From Xanthomonas campestris pv. campestris str. ATCC 33913 (GTDB lineage Bacteria; Pseudomonadota; Gammaproteobacteria; Xanthomonadales; Xanthomonadaceae), in contig NC_003902.1 of NCBI RefSeq assembly GCF_000007145.1, positions 2,906,497 to 2,938,496 of the forward strand: DNA of 32,000 nt, written 5' to 3'. Positions 26,625 to 32,000 of this stretch are shown here, piece by piece. Position numbers and translations under genes: made by a program. The notes beneath the pieces are model-generated. The model worked only from the letters and a program-made list of their open reading frames with translations, did not search any database and had not been told where the DNA came from. The stretch's first letter is position 1. Each line of letters starts with the position of its first letter.

Positions 26625-28703
26625 ATGCCGCTGTCTTCGCGTCGAGTACGCTCGACATTGGGTGCCGCGTGGATCGCGCGCCTGCTGGTGATCGCCACAC
26701 TGGGCGGCGCCGCTGCCACTGCCCAGGCCGAGGATGCGATCGACGTTGCCTCGCCCGGCAAGATTTTGCAGGTGACCGTGGAAGTGGATGGCGGCACGCC
26801 GTACTACCGTGTGCAGCGGCTGGGTGAGCCGGTGGTGGAGCGCTCGCGGCTTGGATTTCAGCTGCGCGATGGGCGCCTGGATCGCGGCCTGCAGGTGCTG
26901 TCGCAGGCGCGCAGCAGCCACGATGACACCTGGGAACAACCCTGGGGCGAAACCCGGCTGGTGCGCAACCACTACAACGAATTGCGCGTGAGCCTTGGCG
27001 AGCGCGAGGGCGCGCAACGGCGCTTCGATGTGATCGTGCGTGTGTACGACGACGGGCTCGGCCTGCGCTATCACTTCCCTGCGCAAGCCGCGCTGCGCGA
27101 AGCCATCATCGACGAAGAAGTCACCGAGTTCGCCATTGCGCAGCCTTCCGAGGCGTGGTGGATCCCCGCCGGCGAGCCCATCCACTACGAATACCTGTAT
27201 CAGCGCACGCCGCTGAACGAAGTGGCGCTGGCGCATACGCCGCTCACGCTGCGCAGCCGCAACGGGCTGCACGTGGCGCTGCACGAAGCCGCGTTGGTGG
27301 ACTACGCCGGCATGTGGCTGCGCCGTACCGAAGGGCAGCGGCTGCGTGCCCACCTCTCGCCCGCCGCCGAGGGTTGGAAGGTACGCCGCACCCTGCCCTT
27401 CGATACCCCGTGGCGCACGCTGCAGATCGCCGATCAGGCCACCGGCCTGGTTGAATCCAACCTCATTCTCAACCTCAACGAACCAAACGCCCTGGGCGAT
27501 GTGAGCTGGGTCAAACCGTCCAAATATGTCGGCGTGTGGTGGTCGATGCATCTCAACCAGCAGACCTGGGCCACCGGCCCGAAACATGCGGCTACCACCG
27601 CCACGACCAAACGCTACATCGACTTCGCCGCCGCGCACGGCTTTCGCGGTGTGCTGGTGGAAGGCTGGAATCCCGGCTGGGACGGCGAGTGGTTTGGCAA
27701 TGGCGGCAGCTTCGATTTCACCAGAGCAACGCCAGATTTCGACCTGCCTGCGCTGAGTAGCTATGCCGCCGGCAAGGGCGTGCATCTGATCGGCCATCAT
27801 GAAACGGGGTGTGCGGTGGACCATTACGAAGATCAGATTGCCGAAGCGATGGATCTGTACGCCCGTTTCGGCGTGGATTCGGTCAAGACCGGCTATGTCT
27901 GCGACGACGGCCAGGTGGAGCGGCGCAATCCGGCCGGTGGCACGCCGTTGCGCGAATGGCACGACGGTCAGTGGATGGCGCGCCATCACCTGCACGTGGT
28001 GCAGGAGGCAGCCGAGCGCCACCTTGCAGTCAATGCGCACGAGCCGATCAAGGACACCGGCCTGCGCCGCACCTATCCCAACTGGATTTCGCGCGAAGGC
28101 GCGCGTGGCATGGAATACAACGCCTGGGGCCAGCCGCCCAATCCGCCCGAACACGAAGTCAACCTGGTGTTCACTCGCCTGCTCGCCGGGCCGATGGATT
28201 ACACGCCCGGCATCGTCAGCCTCAAGGGCCGCAATGGCCAGGCGATTCCCAGCACGCTGGCACGCCAGCTGGCTTTGTACGTGACGCTCTACAGCCCGAT
28301 CCAGATGGCGGCCGATCTGCCCGAGCATTATCTGCAGCACCGCGATGCGTTCCGTTTCATTGAGGATGTGGCCGTGGACTGGGACCAGACCCGCGCGTTG
28401 AATGGCGAGGTGGGCGACTACGTCACCATTGCGCGCAAGGACCGGCATAGCCGCGACTGGTTCCTGGGCAGCATCACCGACGAACATGGCCGCCTGTTGC
28501 AGGTGCCGCTGGGGTTTCTGGAACCGGGCGTGCGCTATCGCGCGCAGATCTACCGCGATGGCGATGACGCCGGCTACGTGCACAACCCGTTCGCCTTTAT
28601 CCGCGAAGAACGCCAGGTCAGCAGCATCGACACGCTGGAACTGCGGCTGGCACCCGGTGGTGGCCAGGCGATTCGCTTCGTGCCGATGGAGTCAGCGCCC
28701 TAA
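26625..28703 (+). CDS. GH97 alpha-glucosidase (SusB-like), secreted/periplasmic
   Basis: ORF track 26538..28703. Start placed at ATG 26625 (MPLSSRRVRSTLGAAWIARLLVIATLGGAAATAQA signal peptide), preceded by GGGAGGGG. The N-terminus SPGKILQVTVEVDGGTPYYRVQRLGEPVVERSRLGF and the core (…GVLVEGWNPGWDG…HHETG…SVKTGYV…REGARGMEYNAW…) match my memory of the SusB/GH97 family. Confidence 0.85.
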   Translation: MPLSSRRVRSTLGAAWIARLLVIATLGGAAATAQAEDAIDVASPGKILQVTVEVDGGTPYYRVQRLGEPVVERSRLGFQLRDGRLDRGLQVLSQARSSHDDTWEQPWGETRLVRNHYNELRVSLGEREGAQRRFDVIVRVYDDGLGLRYHFPAQAALREAIIDEEVTEFAIAQPSEAWWIPAGEPIHYEYLYQRTPLNEVALAHTPLTLRSRNGLHVALHEAALVDYAGMWLRRTEGQRLRAHLSPAAEGWKVRRTLPFDTPWRTLQIADQATGLVESNLILNLNEPNALGDVSWVKPSKYVGVWWSMHLNQQTWATGPKHAATTATTKRYIDFAAAHGFRGVLVEGWNPGWDGEWFGNGGSFDFTRATPDFDLPALSSYAAGKGVHLIGHHETGCAVDHYEDQIAEAMDLYARFGVDSVKTGYVCDDGQVERRNPAGGTPLREWHDGQWMARHHLHVVQEAAERHLAVNAHEPIKDTGLRRTYPNWISREGARGMEYNAWGQPPNPPEHEVNLVFTRLLAGPMDYTPGIVSLKGRNGQAIPSTLARQLALYVTLYSPIQMAADLPEHYLQHRDAFRFIEDVAVDWDQTRALNGEVGDYVTIARKDRHSRDWFLGSITDEHGRLLQVPLGFLEPGVRYRAQIYRDGDDAGYVHNPFAFIREERQVSSIDTLELRLAPGGGQAIRFVPMESAP

Positions 28704-28869
28704 TGCAGTTGCTGCGCGGGCGTGCCTTGCCTGCGCAGTGCTGCCATCGGTTGCACCAAGCGCCTTGCTGACCGGCGTTTGCAACCTGCAGCCTTCGCTG
28801 CAGCGCAGCGCAAGCACTCGCCACTCGATGACGCATCAGTGGAATCGATTTCAGCAGCGTAATCGCCGT

Positions 28870-28883
28870 TGAATACGTATGCA
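28870..28883. promoter_or_regulatory. Candidate LacI-family operator TGAATACGTATGCA upstream of the TonB-dependent receptor gene
   Basis: This is the exact reverse complement of 26525-26538. It lies 144 nt upstream of the TBDR ATG and next to an 18-bp near-palindrome, GCGTTTGCATGCAAGCGC (28888-28905). Confidence 0.6.
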
Positions 28884-29026
28884 GGCCGCGTTTGCATGCA
28901 AGCGCGGTGTCTACCATACGTTGCAGTCGCGAGAATGCGTGATCGCCGTCCTGGCGCGCGATGCAGCACATCCAGGCAATTGCCGGATCAAAACATCAAA
29001 GAACAACATGTACCTGGGAGGGGAAA

Positions 29027-31789
29027 ATGTTGAACCACAAGCGCACCGCGCTGAGTATCGCCATGGCAGTTGCCATGGCACCGACGTTGGCCGCCGCACA
29101 AACGGCAGCCCCGTCAGACGCACCCGCCAGCACCCAGCAGAACGCCGGTGCAGTGACCGAATTGGACAAGGTGCAGGTCACCGGCCTGCGCCGCGCGATC
29201 GAAGGCGCCATTTCGGTCAAGCGTGATTCCACCTCGATCGTGGAAGCCATCTCGGCCGAAGACATCGGCCGCCTGCCCGATGTGAGCATTGCCGAATCGC
29301 TGGCGCGCCTGCCTGGCCTGGCCGCGCAGCGCGTCGCCGGCCGCGCACAGGTGATCAGCGTTCGTGGCCTGTCGCCGGATTTTTCGACCACCCTGCTCAA
29401 TGGCCGGGAAGTGGTCAGCACCGGCGACAACCGCAGCGTGGAGTTCGACCAATACCCGTCCGAACTGGTCAGCGGCGTCACCGTGTACAAGACGCCGGAT
29501 GCCGGCTTGGTTGGCCAGGGCCTGTCGGGTACCGTGGACATGCAGACCGCCCGCCCGCTCAGCTACAACGAGCGCGTGATCGCCATCGGTGGCCGCTACC
29601 AGCGCAATTCGCTGGGCAAGGCCGCCAACGTGGACCCGTACGGCAACCGCTTCAACGTCAGCTACATCGACCAGTTCGCCGACCGCACCATCGGCCTGAC
29701 CATCGGCTACGCGCATACGGACATGCCGATCCAGGAAAACCAGGTCGGCCTGTACGAACCCTGGCAGCAGGTCAATGCCCAGCGGCAGCGCCCGGGCGTG
29801 GCAGACGGCGTGTATTTCTCCGACGGCATCAAGGCGTTGCGCCGCACCGGCAACCAGAAGCGCGATGGCGTGATGGCGACCCTGCAGTACCGCCCGTCCA
29901 ACGCCTGGACAAGCACGCTGGATGCCTTCCACACCGAAGCCGAGCAGATCGATACTGCCAACCAGTTCGAGCTCAACCTCAGCAACTACAACGGCGGTTA
30001 CACGCCGGGCCTGAACATCACCGACGTGCGCGTCAACGACCGCAACACGTTTCTCGGCGGTAACGCCAGCGGCGTGTACCCGCTGGTGCGCGGTATGTAC
30101 AACAAGCGCGAAGACAAGATCGACGCATTCGGCTGGAACAACGAGATCACCGCAGGCGCGGTCAAGATCATCGCCGATCTCAACTACTCCAAGGCCACGC
30201 GCGACGAACTGAATCTGGAGAACAATCTCCAGCTCGCGCCGATGCCGCAGCTGGACACCGTTGGCGTGGCGGTGAACGGCAATGGCTTCTCGCAACTCAG
30301 CCCGGGCCTGAATTATTCCAACCCCGATGCGCTGTTCCTGACCAACACCATCTATGGCTCCGGCTACGGCAAGGTGCCACGGGTGGAAGACGTGCTCAAG
30401 GGCGCGCGCCTGCAGGCCAGCTTCCCGATGCCTGAAGCACTGAGCTGGTTCTCCGATCTGGACGTGGGCGTGAACTACGCACACCGCGAAAAGCAGAAGA
30501 CCCAGCCCGAAGGCAACATCACGCTCGGCGCGCAAGGCGAAGCCACCGTGGCTGCCGACCTGCAATACGCCCCGGTCAATCTGGGTTTTGCCGGCATCGG
30601 CGCTCTGCCCGCCTGGAACGTGCCGGCCACGGTCTCGCGCTACATGCTGTTCAACCCCAGCGATGACGCATCGTTCCTGGTCTCCAAGGCCTGGACGGTC
30701 GAAGAAAAGATCACCACCGCCTGGCTGCGCGCCAACCTGGATACCGAGTGGGGCGTGGTCGGCGTGCGCGGCAATATCGGCGTGCAGCTGCAGAGCGCCG
30801 ATCAATCCTCGCAGGCCAATTACTGGGATGCCTCGCAGCCGGTCGGCAGCGAAGTGCGGCCCATCGACGACGGCAAGACCTACCGCGACTGGCTGCCCAG
30901 CCTGAACCTGGCGTTCCAGTTCCCGTATGAGCAGACCTTGCGCTTCGCATTGGCCAAGCAGGTCGCCCGCCCGCGCGTGGACCAACTGCGTGCGTCACTG
31001 GAATTCGGTGTCGACACCTCCACCGGCCGGCCCGGCGCCAGCGGCGGTAACCCCATGCTCGACCCGTGGCGCGCCAACGCCCTGGATATCTCCTACGAGA
31101 GGTACTTCGCCGATCGCGCTTATATAGCGGCCGCCTTCTTCTACAAGGACCTCAAGAGCTACATCTACACCCAGAGCCGCGACAACTACGACTTCTCCGC
31201 ACTGGTGGCCGGCTACGTGCCACCGCCCGGCTCTGCACCGGTACTGACCACCGGCACCTTCAGCGCCCCGTTCAACGGCAAGGGCGGCACCCTGCGCGGC
31301 CTGGAGCTCACCGCCTCGCTGCCGCTGGACCTGGTGTTCGCCCCGCTGGAAGGCTTCGGCATCCAGGCCAGCGCCACCTTCAACGACAGCGACGTGCAGA
31401 TCCGCGACCCGGAAAGCGCCTCCAGCGTGGGCGACGGCGCCATCAGCCTGCCCGGCCTCTCCAAGCGGGTGTACAACCTCACCGCCTATTACGAGCACAA
31501 GGGCTTCGAGGCACGCGTAAGCCAACGCCGGCGTTCGGACTTCATCGGCGAGATCGGCAACTTCAACGGCAACCGCACACTGCGCTACGTGGTCGGCGAG
31601 AACATCACCGACGCGCAGATCAGCTACAACTTTGCCGACACCAGCAGCCTGGCCGGCCTGACCCTGCTACTGCAGGCCAGCAACCTCAGCAACTCGCCGT
31701 ACCGCACCTACGCAGAAACCAAGGACCGCCCGCTGGAATACATCGAATGGGGCCGCACCTTCGTGCTGGGTGTGAACTACAAGTTCTGA
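29027..31789 (+). CDS. TonB-dependent outer-membrane receptor (maltodextrin/oligosaccharide type)
   Basis: ORF track 28961..31789. Start placed at ATG 29027 (MLNHKRTALSIAMAVAMAPTLAAAQ signal peptide), preceded by GGGAGGGG. It has a TonB-box-like LDKVQVTG, a plug domain (…VISVRGLSPDFSTTLLNGRE…) and a beta-barrel ending …FVLGVNYKF. Confidence 0.9.
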   Translation: MLNHKRTALSIAMAVAMAPTLAAAQTAAPSDAPASTQQNAGAVTELDKVQVTGLRRAIEGAISVKRDSTSIVEAISAEDIGRLPDVSIAESLARLPGLAAQRVAGRAQVISVRGLSPDFSTTLLNGREVVSTGDNRSVEFDQYPSELVSGVTVYKTPDAGLVGQGLSGTVDMQTARPLSYNERVIAIGGRYQRNSLGKAANVDPYGNRFNVSYIDQFADRTIGLTIGYAHTDMPIQENQVGLYEPWQQVNAQRQRPGVADGVYFSDGIKALRRTGNQKRDGVMATLQYRPSNAWTSTLDAFHTEAEQIDTANQFELNLSNYNGGYTPGLNITDVRVNDRNTFLGGNASGVYPLVRGMYNKREDKIDAFGWNNEITAGAVKIIADLNYSKATRDELNLENNLQLAPMPQLDTVGVAVNGNGFSQLSPGLNYSNPDALFLTNTIYGSGYGKVPRVEDVLKGARLQASFPMPEALSWFSDLDVGVNYAHREKQKTQPEGNITLGAQGEATVAADLQYAPVNLGFAGIGALPAWNVPATVSRYMLFNPSDDASFLVSKAWTVEEKITTAWLRANLDTEWGVVGVRGNIGVQLQSADQSSQANYWDASQPVGSEVRPIDDGKTYRDWLPSLNLAFQFPYEQTLRFALAKQVARPRVDQLRASLEFGVDTSTGRPGASGGNPMLDPWRANALDISYERYFADRAYIAAAFFYKDLKSYIYTQSRDNYDFSALVAGYVPPPGSAPVLTTGTFSAPFNGKGGTLRGLELTASLPLDLVFAPLEGFGIQASATFNDSDVQIRDPESASSVGDGAISLPGLSKRVYNLTAYYEHKGFEARVSQRRRSDFIGEIGNFNGNRTLRYVVGENITDAQISYNFADTSSLAGLTLLLQASNLSNSPYRTYAETKDRPLEYIEWGRTFVLGVNYKF

Positions 31790-31836
31790 GTGGCTGGCAT
31801 CACGTGCGTGGGACCAAGCGCCTGAAGCGCCAGCGC

Positions 31837-31865
31837 GATCTGGGCTGAGTATCGCAGCCCAGATC
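31837..31865 (+). terminator. Strong stem-loop downstream of the TBDR gene (possible terminator, no U-tract)
   Basis: GATCTGGGCTG-AGTATCG-CAGCCCAGATC is a perfect 11-bp stem 48 nt after the stop codon. It is followed by CGCCGGCC rather than T residues. Confidence 0.35.
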
Positions 31866-31933
31866 CGCCGGCCACATTGGAAGACGAACGACACAGTGCA
31901 AGCTGCAGCGATCACAAGCCGCAGCAATACAAG

Positions 31934-31970
31934 CCCCTCTCCCCTGGGAGAGGGGTTGGGGTGTGGGTAC
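31934..31970. repeat. REP-like element CCCCTCTCCCCTGGGAGAGGGGTTGGGGTGTGGGTAC
   Basis: It contains the inverted repeat CCCTCTC/GAGAGGG followed by G-rich GGGGTTGGGGTGTGGG. I recognise this sequence class (it produces spurious PSPRGEGL peptides) as a common xanthomonad intergenic repeat. Confidence 0.5.
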
Positions 31971-32000
31971 GGGACAGCCACTTCGGCACAGATCGCAAAG

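Noticed and set aside
26376-28583. 735-aa ORF on the minus strand
   Set aside because: It is antisense to the GH97 gene. The plus-strand product has a signal peptide, an SD and family-typical motifs. The minus-strand product is Arg/Ala/Gly/His-rich with no motifs.
29114-30985. 623-aa ORF on the minus strand
   Set aside because: It is antisense to the TonB-dependent receptor gene. It is a shadow ORF with low-complexity composition.

Overview
This is a high-GC, Xanthomonas-type chromosomal segment with three recognisable blocks. (1) 1-11005, minus strand: the promoter-proximal part of the xanthan (gum) operon. It holds gumB-C-D-E-F-G-H-I plus the first 1.37 kb of gumJ, which runs off the left edge. 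(2) 11436-19387, minus strand: tRNA-Pro(GGG) with its own -10 box and terminator, a small MerR-family gene, and the widely conserved thrS-infC-rpmI-rplT-pheS-pheT-ihfA block. (3) 19717-31789: a maltodextrin/starch-type TonB-dependent carbohydrate utilisation (CUT) locus. It comprises a LacI-family regulator (+); a minus-strand operon of glucoamylase-like hydrolase > MFS sugar transporter > secreted GH13 amylase, joined by 4-nt start/stop overlaps; a divergent GH97 alpha-glucosidase (+); and a TonB-dependent receptor (+). The many long ORFs antisense to these genes are high-GC shadow ORFs. I find no convincing new multi-gene system here: there are no defence, toxin, CRISPR, integrase or transposase genes, and all coding capacity is explained by well-known families. 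What remains unexplained is non-coding. The main items are: a 116-bp imperfect palindrome of GGGAATC-like heptamers that fills the pheS-pheT spacer and leaves pheT without a Shine-Dalgarno; a (GGGAAKC)x7 microsatellite / G-quadruplex motif 5 nt after the regulator stop codon; an identical 14-bp palindrome at both promoters of the CUT locus; a short leader ORF lying on an intrinsic terminator in front of pheS; a terminator-like hairpin inside the gum operon between gumD and gumE; and a terminator-like hairpin upstream of thrS. Start codons were refined by hand from the ORF track. All structure calls are by eye, without folding software or database searches.
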